A DNA stretch of 64,000 nt from Promethearchaeota archaeon (GTDB taxonomy: Archaea; Asgardarchaeota; Lokiarchaeia; Sigyniarchaeales; SOKP01). Positions within the stretch are counted from its first letter, which is position 1; every line of letters begins with the position of its first letter. Under the pieces are notes generated by a model that made no database searches, was not told the DNA's origin, and was given only the letters and a program-made list of their open reading frames with translations. Shown here piece after piece: positions 1-15,000 of this stretch. Made by a program: the position numbers and the translations under genes. The stretch covers positions 21,725-85,724 of the forward strand of contig JAHLWS010000074.1 in assembly GCA_019057795.1 (NCBI GenBank), in the 5' to 3' direction.

Positions 1-3000
1 AATTTTGGAACTACGAGAACAGTTTGGAATTTAGGAGGCACCCATACTTTAAATCCTATACCTTACCTTCAGCAACCCAACTTGAATACCTTTATTCCGA
101 TAAAGAATTCAAACGATATTCATTTAAATCCGATAACAATTGACAATCTTAACGAGGATACTATAAAAGACGGCGTTATTAAGTTGGCTCTCATTTCCTA
201 CGTTCTTCCAAGTAATGGAAGTTCGTTCTCGTTTGATCGCGCTGATCCGTTTACTCCCATTAGCGTGAGTCAAAGTATTGACCTTGTTGAATCGTTATTT
301 ATCGGAGAATCCGTTCAGTTGATGCATCCTGATTCAAGCATAGAAACCTCTTTGGAACTTGACTCCGGGACTTATCGAGCTGATTTGTCTGGATTGGATA
401 TAGGAGAGATCGTTGCAGTTAAGGGGATTTACGTCGATCCAGATTCCGTAATTCAGCAGTATCCAATCGAATATTTCTGGATTACCGATAGCAACGAACT
501 AGCTTTCAATTCACCGATGAAGCACCTATTTTCCAACGTTTCAATCGAATACGTACCCCAATTACCGCTCACGGAGAATTATCCAGCGGAATTTCCGGGT
601 TTCTACTATCTTCCTAATTCTACGATAGTGGGCTCTACCACGTTCACGGAGCCATATTTCGTTACCAATGTTGAGGACGATACGACATTTTTTGGAACGT
701 ATGTGCACCCCGACATTCCCGTAGGTTATAGCTTAAGCCACAATGAATATGGATGGTACGTAGTCTTCGATCAATCGGTTTCTAATCCCCGAGGTGCAGT
801 CCGCTTTGCCAAGATCAATAACACTTATATTTCCATATTCTCAATAAAAGATACCTTGGCGTACAAATATAATATTTTGGATTCAGCGTCGGATTTTGCC
901 GGAGGAACCCTTAATTTAATTTTAAAAGCCGGATTTAACGACGTGTTTTATTCGGAGTTATCACAAGTAGCGTGCAACGATTATAAAGTAAAAATTACAT
1001 TTTTTAAGAGGGATATTAATGGTATAGAGACAAATATTGGGACGGTTTATAAATTATTAGACTCTTCACAATTAGGTTTTCACAGTTATAATTTAGAAAT
1101 TTCCCTTTCGGAAATTACAGAAGGGATAGGATTACTCGTTGATGTGATAAGTAGAGATTCTGAAAGCGAACTTTACGTTACCGTAGAATCGATAATAAGC
1201 AACTCCAGAGTGGACGGAAACTTATTTAAGGGCTTTTTTGCTCAAGAGATCGTAGAAGCAAGCCTCATTATTGACACTCCCGATTCGGAACTATTATTTG
1301 ACGATATGAAAGTGGAGACGCCTTATATAGAAATACCTCAACTGAGCATTCCGTTGACCAAAATTGCGAAAGCCACTTATCAATTTGATTTAAGTTCGTT
1401 AAAATATAATTTTGATTTTGATATCACAGAGATCCGCGCCGAAGGAGTACCCCTTTCGCAGCAAGATTACGAGTTCGATCTTTCTCAAAATATAGTTGTT
1501 TTAAAAGGGGATTATCGAGAATATTCCGGCTTACTTTTTGCTGATCTGTCATATAAAGCGTTTGAATGGAACGACGGATTCGTTTCTACGCTGGAACCGA
1601 TTTCGTTCAATTTTGCTACCAATTATACGGATAAAATCGCCAAATATTTAGTATTTGACATCAATTTTGACTCAGCCGGAATTCCTGGTTATCAATTGGA
1701 AAAAGTTGATACCGCTTCAGGAAGAGTTGTAATGGCAGAAGAAAGCAAAGACGCGACCTCATTATTGCTGTATCTCTATAATTTTATAGAAGATAAATGG
1801 GAGTTTATAGATTTTGTAGTGTACGATACATATCTCGGCTCATTTACATATGTTGCGGATAGATTGTTTACCACTTTCGAAGATTATTTTAACTCCACAG
1901 GAACAAGTGAATTTGAAGTAAAGCTCATGCTCGCCGTTGATGAGACGGTTGGAGACTGTTTCTCGTCTTCGGTGGGGTTTATTATAGACCAAATTAGCGC
2001 AAATATATACTTTAAATCTCCTAATGTCGAACATTCTGTGAGACCAGAAGTAGTTTTTGACGTCGATTTAACCAAATACTTTACCGATTCAAACATCTAC
2101 GTTGATGAAGTTCAGTTAAAGCTGGATTATATCAGCAAAATAGATAGTTCTTTTGCGTTTTCAGAACACGCTTTAATTGAAGAAAACTATAATTTTTACG
2201 TTTTAAATAAATTTTTAGAATTTGAAGAGGTAGAATTGATTGACAGATCAATAATCCTTTCAAGAAATGCGTTAAATGACTTATTATTATACGATTCTAA
2301 TAACGAAAAGTATTTCGTTCAAATAAAAATCGAGTACGATTGGAATTGTATCCTTGAAATGAACATTGAGTTCGACTCGCGCTTGGAAATTAAATCTTCC
2401 TTACAATTGCTCGATTATGCGCTAACCGTTTCTTATACCGAATACGAGATTACGCGAATATCTGCGCAAGAGACGCGTTCTCCTTACGAATTGACGGCGA
2501 TCTATGCCCCTGGTTACGTTCAGAATGCTACGGGTTTTGTTATATTAGAGACAGACAACATCGTAGATATCGGAACGCTAGCCGGGTTTTTGCGAAACGC
2601 GGATTCGCGTCAGAGACTAATGCTTCGTCAGCAATTATATTATCAATTTTCTGAAAGTACAGATGGGCCCATTGCTCTTTTATTAGATCAAACCTACACC
2701 GATATTAATTTACGATTTGTAAGCCCACTAGGAGAATTAACGCGACCGCAAGATTTTATTTGCGATAATACATATTTCCAGTTTATTGTAGACCACGAGG
2801 TCGTTTCTGTCGAATTACTGTTCTTTAACGGTACCGATTACGAACAAGTCGGATTTTTCGAACAAAGCTTTTTATCGCAGATTTTATACGAATACGGCTG
2901 GAACAATATTTCAGGTGCAACCGAAAAAAATACGGGCGATTTTGTCCAGATAAAGATAATATTAACTGATATTTTTAACAATAAAAACGAAATTATTTAC

Positions 3001-6000
3001 GAATTTTTAGCCGATTTTGATAGTCCATCCCCAACCATTTCTATTGCGAACGGCGTTCAGAGTTTTGAGACCGCCCCAGCAAATCCTCTTACCGGAATTT
3101 CGTTTGAAAGCGGAGAGGATATGGCAATAGCTCGTTGGGAGTTCAAAGATGGTTCGGGAACGATAGCAACTGATACTTACGGCACGAATCACGGAACTTT
3201 ATATAACATGGAAGACGCTGATTGGCAAGAAGGAATTCTAGAGTTTAATGGAACCGACGAGTATATTCAAGTTGCAAACGATAACTATCTCCAATTTGGT
3301 TACTCCGATAGCTTTTCGATTATGGCTTGGATTAAGACCGACAGCGACGGAACAATTATTCGTTCTGAAGGCTCAGTTAGCGGAGCTTACGGATTAGCAG
3401 TACAATCGGGAAAAGTTAATTTTCTTATTGAAGATCAAGATTATAATCTTCTTTCATTTACAGGGAAAACCTTAGTAAACGATAATGAATGGCATCAGAT
3501 TATAGGCATTCGAGATACTTCTACCAATAATTTGATTATTTGCGTGGACGGAAATTACGATTATTCAATAACGGATACTACCGTAAGTTCCCTTGACACG
3601 GGCCAAGATATATTTATTGGAACAACTAAGATCGGAACGCAATTTTACGATAACTTTAGCGGATCGATTGACGATATTTGCATATTTAATTACGCTATAT
3701 CTTCTGATGTTGTAAGCAACCTGTTCTTTTTTCAGATCGAAAGCGATAAAATGGAAAATGCGTGGTTTAGATTCGATGAAGGAATAGGAAACATCGCCCA
3801 CGATAAATTAGGTATCGACGCCTATATTTATGGAGAGCAAAATTGGATCGGGGGTTCAAGCGCAAGATGGGGCGATTACGCGGTCGATTTTAACCCGCAA
3901 GAATACGTCCCACAACAAGGTCTCGATGAAGATTTTGACGTGATTGAAGGAAGCAGCGATTGGCAGGGCGATTTAAGCCAGCAAAATGGTGATTATATCA
4001 AGTTCACCTCGTCAGGCGATCAATTTATCGGAGATCAAGAGTTATGGGACGAGGGCTTCTCTCAATCCGAATCTCACTTACAAAATTCGTTCTTACCCGA
4101 CGCTTATTCCAGTTTTCAGAGCTGGAATCCGCTTTATATGACGAATGGCTTCCCTACAACTTCAGTCGTAAACGATTGGATAGACTGGAGCTTAATTAAC
4201 AATAATCAAGCGTATACATCTTCTTCTTGGAACGGTCTTGGAAATTTTAATTCTCACTTAAATTATGGAACGTATACCGATGTTCCAGCTCAAGATCTGG
4301 TCCCAAGTGGAGATTTTGACATGATAAATTACGAGAATTCAGACTGGGCTGGGGATTTGACTACAAATGACGATTACACAAACTTCACATCAATTCCAGA
4401 CGGGTTTGATTACGACCACGCCAATCACGAGCCATACTACGAGAATTTATGGAACGCAACTACATCTGAAGAAGCAGGTCATTATCCTGGTACTTATAGT
4501 TTTAGGGGCGAAAATGGAAAAACAGATTTAGATATAGATTTTGTCGATAGTTTAAATACTGGAGGCTCAGTTGAGATAGTTTCTGAGTATCAAAATCATA
4601 AGAGCGTGTTGCATCTTACTGAAACTATTACTTATAGAGGATTTTATCATTTTTTCGATTCAAATCAGATTTCTGGAACAATGGAATGGTGGAGTTTAGC
4701 ACCTCAGAACGACGATTATTGTATTGTGAATATTATGGAGGGAGGTTCATTAAGGATGCGAATTGCGTTTGACGATGACGGAGGTTCAGCAAATATTGAA
4801 TACAACGATGGAGCTTGGCATAATATTATGGCTTATTCTATAAATACTTGGTATCATTTTAAAATTGAGTTTGATTGTTCTACAGATACATGGGACATTT
4901 ATATAAATGGCGTTTTGAAAATAAACGATGCTTCGTTTAGCGGAGATGCGAGTTATATTGATAGGATTGATTATGATAACGAATTAGATGCAGAATCGTA
5001 TTACGATGCTTTTGGCTTTTCTTGGGATTCTAACTATACTTTAGGAGATAATTGGCATTACGATTATCATCAAGGAAGTCAAACGTTTGAGAATTATAAT
5101 ACAAGTTCTTATGGAGATTATTATGGAACTTACTCTTTTACAGATGATACAGCTGGAGGCAATCCAACAGGATGGGGTATAAGTGAAACTGGTGGAACTG
5201 TTAATGTCGTTGCTGAAAAAGACAATCACAAAAAAGTCTTAGAATTATATGACGATGATGCTGAAAATAGGGTTAGTGCCCTTAATAGTTTTACAATTCA
5301 GACAGATGCAACTATTGAGTTTTGGTGGGCACATGAAGCATCCTTGTCTTATCATCACTATCTTCATCTGAGAATCAGAGAAGGTGGTACTGAGCGCGTT
5401 AGAATTTTGTTTAGTTATCAAGCAGTAGGACAAATTGTGAGCCATGATGGAAGTGCTTATGTGTCAATTGTTACAGGTCTATCAAGTAATACATTCTATC
5501 ATATAAAATTAGTACTAGACGATTCTGCAAATACCTTCAAATGTTATGTTGATGGAGTAGATAAAGGGACATTCGATTATTTTTCTAATTCGATAGTAGG
5601 GATTGATAGCATTTATATGCTGACAAGAGGTGGTAATAGTGGTGGAGCTTTTACTCATTGGTTTGATGCATTTGGATATTCTGGGGATAATTACGAGATA
5701 GGAGATAACATTAATCCTTATGGAATATTGCCAGAATTAAAAAACGATGGTTGGAATATTGATGCAGGAGCAGGTAGTTCAGTAAGAATAACTGGAGAAG
5801 ATACATCTCATAAAAAAAATCTTGAACTTTTATTACCAGTTGATAGTTATGCTGGATTATACAACGATTTTGACAGTGGCCAAACGTCTGGAACGGTAGA
5901 GTTTTGGTTTAAAACTACTGATTATTGGGATCCGAATCAAATGCACGTAGAAGACGGGTCGTCGGCTGATTCTCTTTATTTTTGGGTTGACGAAGGGCAA

Positions 6001-9000
6001 TTTCGATATACCGACGATTCAGGAACTCATAACATAGTTGCTTGTGCGAACAATGTTTGGCATCACGTTAAGCTTAGCTTTAATTTAACAACTGGAAGTC
6101 CTACAACTAACTGGTGGGCCTGTTGGATTAACGACGTATATTACGGGTCTTATGTTGACGGATTTAACGGAGATCCTTCTGCAATGGACAGAACTATGTT
6201 TAAGTCAGATGGACACGTTACGCCTCATTGGATGTATATCGATGCCGTTGGTTATTCGTGGGACCCCAATTACGAAATAGGAGATAATTATCTGTTTAAT
6301 ATTCATTATAAGAATCACATTTACGCTCCAGGTGGTACAAATGCCGCGTGGACTATGGACCCATTATATATGCAAAGTGGCTTTCCTGATAAGACGGTAA
6401 ACGAAGGTTTTAGCGGCTGGACTCCGAACTCTGATTCGGATTATACAACGGTATCTTGGGACGGGAACGGGAACTTTGATAACGCCGTTAAGAAAAGAAA
6501 CGTAGCGAGCGTCACGCACGACGCATCTTGGGGTTCGGGGGCAATGTCCAATTTCTATACCGATAATGATCAATATTACAACATATATCGGTCAACGTAT
6601 AATAATTTGGATAGTGGTTCTTATAGGTTGGTATCTGATAACGGAAATACGCTTACCGATGTAATTCCTTCTGATCAGGGAAATTATCAAGAGCAGAGAG
6701 ACGATACGGGGTGGTCTCAATATACTGATGATAGTAAGGTTAGACGCTTTAGATATACTCGCCAGACTACATTGCCGGGCTGGACGCTTGAAGTTTATGA
6801 CGAATACAGCGTTTCTGCAAGCGTGTCTAATCCCCCTTCAGGGAAGTCGTGGGTTGCTCAAGATTTGTCTATAGAATTTAGGGAAGCTACTTGGAAAATT
6901 TATGGAGGTTCAGGTTCATGGATTTACCATCAAGCTTATCATGATACTAGTGGGTGGGTGACTCTAGGCTCTCGACAATTGTCAACGTCTGATTCTTATA
7001 CGTCTTATTCATATAATAAAAATCCTAATGATTATATGGATGAGAGCAAGAACGTAAGAATGAGAGTTAAGATCGTGGTTCCGTGCGCGAACTACGGTGT
7101 CTTTGTGGAGCGCGCGAAGTTTCAGTATGATATTGACCTTTGCGGAGTTCTAGTGCATTGGAAAGCAAACGAGGTTGACCCCAGAATTAATTTTGAATCC
7201 GGTTTATTTAACGGAGCACGTGAATTCAGATTATTTTTTCAGGGAATAACCTCTCAAGGGATTGCGGATTTATATGTGTTAGAAGGCGAATATTGGGTAA
7301 AGCGGATTAGTGATATTGGTTCAGCAAGTTGGAAGACGGTGTCGAATGTGTTAATTTATAACGTAAATGATATAATGCTCGAGCTCGGGAATGCAGGGGA
7401 CGTGCAAACTCTTACTATTGATTATCTATATCTATATTGCGAAGATACGGGATCTATACATCAAGCACAGTTAGGCAAGACGATTACGGATCCGTTCCTA
7501 AACCAATACGATTCGTACGGCAATTATCAGAAAAAATACGACGTTACGGTATCGTTTGAATACAAGTTTGCGAAAGCGGTAAACGATCTTTCATATTACT
7601 CTGCGTGGGTTGATATTCCCGGTACCACTGATTCGCTTCCCGCTACGGGGGTATGGACAACTAAGGAATATACCTTTGAGTTTGACTCCACCTCAACAAG
7701 CGGTTTTGACATCGTATTTAGGACCAAAAACGGCTATTTAGATTTACAAAACATGAATTACAATTTCAAGTTCAAATGCCTAGATACATCGGGCCACATT
7801 AGGCTGTTTCAATCGATCGAGGCCGATTATCCATATCAAGATACCTTATCGCAGTTTGTTAAAGATAACGGTCATTTCTACCTCGATTTTACCTACAATT
7901 TTGTCACTTCTGATGACGATCTTACCTATTATAACTCATACGATAGAACATACAAACTTGAAGTAATTGCAACAATAAAGGCGGATGGAGCATGGCAAAC
8001 CGCTATTCCACTAAATCAAACAAGTACTCCTACTTCAGGAACATATAGATTTGACGTGAGGGGATATATGGACAGTCAGGGTTGGAGCACCTTTGAAGAT
8101 ATAAAGCTAGAATTCGTGGTTTCAGGAGACCCATCTTCGTTAACCGTAAGCGATGTTTCGCTATTTGATTATAGAGCTTGGCGTCCCGCCGAATTAGAGT
8201 TCACCATAGACGCGAATATGCCTGATCTAACCGCAGATGACTCTCTTGACCGCGTGGAACTTTTCTATAGATACGACACCGACCCAATTATCGATACTTT
8301 CGGTCTTTACGTTTATAATTACATTACTTCTGAATGGGATTTAATTAACGGCGAGCAACCTACCAGCGGATTCTTTGAGAGCTCGTTTAATCTCACAAGC
8401 GACCATTACGACGCGAGCCATAACATGCAATTCAAGATTAACGGTACATATGGAGTTGTGTTTGAATTTGGTAAACAATTTGATTTTCTGTTGGATAAAT
8501 TTTACGTGGAATACGATTGGACCAGAACTTCAGGAGAGATTTACGCCGATTTAATAAACACGATATACGATCCTCTCCTTAATCGATACGATTCGTTTGA
8601 CGATTATAAAAAACTGTATAACATTTCTATCAATTTTGATTATCAATTCAATACGCAAGATGCAAATTACGGGGATTTTGCCAAGTTTTACGTTGAGACC
8701 ACCGAAGGCTCTTTTGAAATATTTGATTTAACGAAAGACGGACAGGTAAATAACTTACAATGCTCTTTTGAATTTAATTCCACTTCTCGAGCTGATTTTG
8801 ACGTTAAATTTAGAATTTCAAACGGAGATTTAGATTTAAACAACTTCCAGATAGAGGTAACATTCAAATGCTTTAAAGACGATGTTTCGGGTGATAGATT
8901 ATTAGAACAAATATTTGAAGCCGATTATGAAGGCAGTTTAACTCAAGAAGAGAAAGAAATTGCTAATTTTTATTGCGATATTTATTACAACTTTACGACC

Positions 9001-12000
9001 GTGGATGATGGATTATCGTACGTTAACAGTTACGGCGGAAACGATAAGTTGGAAATTATTTATGGTGTGAAAGCAGATGGACAGTGGTTTTCGCAAGTTT
9101 ATTCTACCAGCATCTCCGAATCAAAAGATCCGCTTACATTTAATGTCAGAGATTTTATGGATCAACAAGGAGTTTTCGTATTTGAAGATTTTAACGCCAC
9201 ATTTGTTTTGAGCGGAGATCAATCCGCTTTAAACGTATCCCAATTACGTTTCTACGACCACGAAATAGACCCTGCAGTTGTACATTTCACGGTCGAAACT
9301 CCAGTCAATATAAACGCTCCTGCCGAAGGGATAGAACTGCATTACGCACTTCGCACAAATATAACTCAACAAGATCGATTTAATCTAAAAGTTAAGATAT
9401 GGAATTACGCAACCAGTCAATGGGATTTAATATCCTATTTATACGGAACCGATATTCCGGATTCATTTGAGAAGTTTATCTTTGTCTTGGATAGTTGTTA
9501 TTGTAATCCTGATAATAACATCGTTAATTTAAGCTTATATGCTGAAAATTACGTTGATTTATTTGAGATTCATTTAGATTTACTAAAAACCGTCGTTGTA
9601 GACTATGTTGAAGCGCCAATATTGATCGATACAGGTTTAACCCCTTTTACTTTTGCTTCTTGGATCAGACTGGATTCTCTGACTGATACAGTTTCGCTAT
9701 ACGGAGAATATAACGACCTTACCAGCGATGCAAGAAACCACATCTATGTAAATGCCGACGGTTCTATTTACTTTGCTCAATCCCTTAGTAGTGCGGCAAC
9801 AAGTAATGCCGGCTTGATGACAACAGGGACTTGGATTCACGTTGTAGTAATTAAGAGCGGAGACGAGATCAGATTTTACAAGAACGGGGAACTATTTGGT
9901 ACTCCGGTAATATATAACGAAGATTATTCTGGGCCAACCCCAACTAAAACGGGAATCGGTTCCAGATTTGCCGACTCTACTTGGTATAACGACCCATTAG
10001 ACGGTAGTATTGACGATTTAAGATTATTCAACCAAAGTCTTACGCTCACAGAGATAAAATGGATTTTCGGATTTGGACAAGGAAGATATAAATCGCTAGA
10101 CCGCCTATCAGGGACAGAATTTCAGTTTGTTCCCTTAGAGGAATACAGAATAATCGATTTAACTACGGGCATTACATCAGAGTGGATCACATTCCACACC
10201 CCTCAGATTAAGAAACTAGACGATTTGGGAGACTTACCCGCCAATTTCTCTATTGAATATCGCGTGTTCGATTTCGCCGGAAACGTCGCGTACAACACAA
10301 CTTACAACAACGGCTTTAAAAACATCTTATTTAGCAGAGAGATTGAAATTCCCATTAGTTGGACCGGCACAGAAGAAAATAAGTTAGACTTAAATGTTGT
10401 CGGGCAAGAGAGAGAATTATTCATTGAAAAAAACCCTCAATTCGGAGATGTCTCAAGTTTAGACGTATACATTAACGGCTTCAGATATGGAACTGCAACC
10501 TTAAATGGGGACAATTATAGATTGTCGTTTGGAAGCGACAATACCAAGAACACGTTAATCGCGTACTCGGATTCGCTAATGAGCAACAACATCTATTCGA
10601 ACATAAATCCTTTAAACCACATAAGCTGGGAGGTAAGAGAGGACGATTCGTTTACCGTGGTAAAACACGTGTTGGTCGATTCCGACATTGTAATTATCAA
10701 TCCACTTTCATACAACGCTTCCAACGCTTTAGATTTGAATCACCTCTACGATAGGGAATTCGGGCTCCCTAACTTCGTGAGGATGAAGCAAGCATACTAT
10801 TACGATTATAATATTACTACAGATGAGAGTGAATTACGCTACTTAGATTACGGGTTCGATTACGGAATAGATAGCGATGGACAAGTAATCTTTCCGGAGC
10901 TCTCCGTTGTTCACGAATTATATAACAATCTTACCACAGTTAAGGATGAGTGCGTTTATTTCGAATACAGCGCCTCGGAATTTAGCAATCAGCTTTCGCT
11001 TAACAACGCGGACGGCTTCTTTATCAACTTTACCATGCCAGCATTATATTACGGACACACCACTATCGACACGCTGGTAGTTTCGTTTAACGACTTTTTA
11101 GGCAATTCCTTTGCGAAAAAGTTTTTTGACCTCGATTTACGAGAATATTTCTTAGATAACGTGAAAGACGACTACGCCGAAGATGTATTCGGTTTAGGAA
11201 AGATGATGGTTATTCCGCTCTATATTAATTTGAGAGAATTAGCCTTTTCCAATCCTAACAATCCGTTCGACCTCACTTTATTGGAGTCTATTTCGTTTAC
11301 AATCTCGGATAGTGAAAGATGGCCTGGTTCGTTCGCGTTAGATTTTGAAGACCAGCAATACGAGGTTACTAATTTGCCTTACCAGAGAGCCGGTATTAAA
11401 GATTTAAAACTATTTAACTTGATCAGCGACTCGATTGAGCCAGACGAGAACGGTTTTGTCACTTCGGAAATTATTTTCAGAACGCCTGATTATTACAATT
11501 TCTTTGGCAAATCGGAACTAAAAATTAAACGGATGAATATTGACATAACCGATGTAAAATTGTTCGATAACGGGCAAGAAATAAATAGTTATCGCGAAGT
11601 TGAATATTCCGATTTTATCGAAGCCTATATGATGCACGATAATAGTTTTGCCCAAATCCCACTCGGCGATCTAATAACATTGCCTGTTTCTCTTGTAAAT
11701 GATACTTCTTTAGAGCCTTTGGCGTTCGGTGCTATGTATTATATTACAAAGTACGATAAAAACGCGCCAACAGGATACTTTCACAAATATTATTACAGCA
11801 AGTTTGAAGTTCCTAAGAAATTAGGCGTTTTCGATCTATTCTTCAACTCCCAAGGCACCCCGCTTCACAACATAACTATTGGGAATAACGATATTAAATT
11901 CACGCTAAACGTAACTCAAGAAGAGCTCTCTAATTACAGTCCTATTTACTTGGAAAATTACGTCGACGAACTTGAGTACGGTCATTCGTTAATCTTGAAA

Positions 12001-15000
12001 GGCGCCGTGCTCGATAACGATCAATACATAGAAGAGGATAAGGAAGTTCACAAATACGAATATATTGAAGCGTTAGACGGGGAGACCGTTCATTACCTCA
12101 ATTTAGTATCTCCATTCGGCGATCCTAACTTTATCGACAGGGAAGAATTTGCGATTTATTACATTAACGATAATTTGGAAATAATTCCGCTTTATACCAA
12201 CCTTAGCGGCGATTATTTCAAACAGAGCGATATTTTAGACAAGAATCCCGTAATAAGCTATATTGACAATAGATTCGCCTTAAACATCTATTGGAACGAA
12301 GATTCCGACAGCTTCATTGATTACGATACTAACATATTGATCAGCTACAAAGTTCTTAAGGGAAGACCGATATCTCCGATGTCTTATAGCTCTTTTGACT
12401 CTTACGGAAATAACAAACGGCAAAACTTGATCGAAATACCGTTTGCCAGGTACGACATGATTACGCGCAGTTGGATTACCGAAGAAGATTTTATTGAACA
12501 ATTCCCTATTAGCAAGATGTTATTAATTAAAGAAGTGACAAGTATAGATATTACAATTGAAGGTCCAGAATTCAACGAAGCATCCGTATTCCGAACGGGA
12601 ATTATCGCGCTTGAAGGCGTATACGTCAATAAGAGCTATTCTAACTCGTTTAAACTTGAAAACTCAACCAAATATTCTTGTACCATCGATCAAGATGGAA
12701 AGTTAGTAATTTCCGGTCTTAATTATACGGAAGGAGATGTCTTTAAAGTCGCCTATTACGCATACGACCCCGTAAAAGTCATTCATTCCCTCAATCGGCC
12801 TAATTCGACCATAGATTATATAAAGATCACAAATGGAACCGGATTTGAATACGAATTTATTCTCAACCAAGATTATAAACTTTCGGTAGATGGTTATCAA
12901 ATTTTCTTCTTAGATTTATGTAATACTATTCTCAAGAGCGGTAATTTCTCTATATACGATACTTTTGAAATTAAATACCACGCCCCCTTATCAAGAAAAC
13001 TCGATCTTTCTCAGAATTTACTTCTAATGCTCCAAGATAGCAGTGGAAACGAAATACCAATTGACAGCGTCCCGATCGACAACTTAGGATTCTTTGAATA
13101 CGAGCAACAATTAAGGATTGATAGCCCCCTTTCGATTCCCCTCGGAGGAGGAAGGACTCTGGTTCACATGCTTCTTTCATACCTTCCATTAAACGTATTT
13201 AACAAGTCTTCGGGTCAATTATTCAATATAACCTATGAGGATCAAGACGTCGGCAAAATTTACGGAATTAAAGAAAGTAATAAATGGGTAAAATATTTCA
13301 CGATTACTACGATTCCGGAGAAGGTCAAGCTCACTATGGTAGAAGATCCCACCCAAAACATGATTATTAATCAAAAGTTCTACGAAGAGCGAGAATACCT
13401 ATTCAATTATAATCCGCTTGAAGCGCTCGAAAAGGACGAAGGATACACAAAAGTAATGATCGACGCTTTAGCAAGGGAAGATTACGAATTTACCTATAAA
13501 CTCACGGATTTCGAAGATAAACCGATAAATAACAGCATTGTTTGGCTTCACATTGGATTTATGCCAAAAAGCGAAACCAAATTCCTTAACGAGCGTACGA
13601 GAATTAACTACGATGATTCTCCAATCTATTTTGAATCGCTCGGTACCGAAGAGGTTACTTTTAGAGGTCCAGGAGAAGGCGCAAATAAGATGTTTGGACG
13701 ACCTCTAACTTACGAGACGGATAATAGTATCACGAATCTCACCGCCTATGGTCCTTACGCTTGGATATACGGAGTGACCGATGAGTTCGGTGAAGTAACC
13801 TTTGATATTTCGTTTGATAACGAATATATTAGAGATTTCATTAATATTTTTGGTAGCATAGAGGGTATAAATTCCATTGACGACATGGTACTCTATACTC
13901 GGGCATTTAACACTTATTTTGACTGGGACGAATTTGCCATTGACACACCTAATCAATACATCTGTTCTGAGAACGGGCAGATTTACGATGGTAGTAACAG
14001 AATTGAGAATTATGATTTTACTGACCTAGTACTTCAAGATAGTGCATATGCCGAAGGTATTATCCGATTACACAGACACGATATTGCGCTTGGACTTAAC
14101 GATTATCTCGTGTACAATTTACCCGATTCCGATATAAATGCTCAATACGATCCGATTACCCTTCACTTATATCTAACCGAAGCAACTCCTATTCCCACAG
14201 GAGCAACACCTACAATTGAATCTCTCACTAAAGTATATAGTAGCTCAGAATTAGAACCAACTTCGTATAACATTCTTGAAGATGATTACTTCTATTACGC
14301 ATCTATAGAATTTTATACGCCTTCGGGTCATTTAGTCAAAACGCTTTATAAAGAAATTAAAGTAAACGAATCTTACGATAGCGGAACTATTACTATTGGC
14401 AATGAGACGGTGAAAGAAATTCTTGACATGCTAGGTCCGGGCATCTCTGCTATGAGAGTTTACGTGTTCGAGACCGAATATTATAAGAGCTCTCCATTAA
14501 TTGGTATCCCAATTGAAGTACGTCCTCCCAACTGGATTAAATTCGGAGAGAAGAACACTCAGATCGACTTAATCGATCCGTTTGTATCTGCGTGGGGTAC
14601 GGCCTATAACAACGAAGAGGAGATGCCATTTGAGAGTATTTACCCCGTCTTAATGGGAGCAATTTGGGTCGATCCCGACTTTAACGGACCAACAGATGAA
14701 GAAGAGCGTTCCATACAGGATTATATTGGAATTAATTTAGATTGTACTATTTACAACGAAGACGGTACTACAAGTACATTCCCATTAAGAGATAATATTA
14801 TGCTTCGACCTGGAAACAACGATGGAGTAATGACTTTCAACGCACCTCTTGGACCAGAAGAGCACTTCCTCATGGGTTTACAATGCGATTTGAATTTATC
14901 TTTTAACATCGACTTTAATAAAGATCAGATTTACGAAGATCAAAGAGATGTTGAAATATTTTTATTAGACTTACGATTAGAAGCGAACCCATCAACTAAA

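Larger units (their letters stand above)
3751..10068 (+). other. Second LamG domain split by a ~1900-aa nested insertion (N-half 3751-3897, C-half 9601-10068)
   Basis: N-half AWFRFDEGIGNIAHD...WGDYAVDFNP. C-half DYVEAP...FTFASWIR...GTWIHVVV...YKNGE...DGSIDDLRLFNQSLT. Confidence 0.75.

Noticed and set aside
82-84. TTG at 82 as the start of the giant gene
   Set aside because: The frame is open back to base 1 and no signal peptide follows, so the gene begins upstream of the window.
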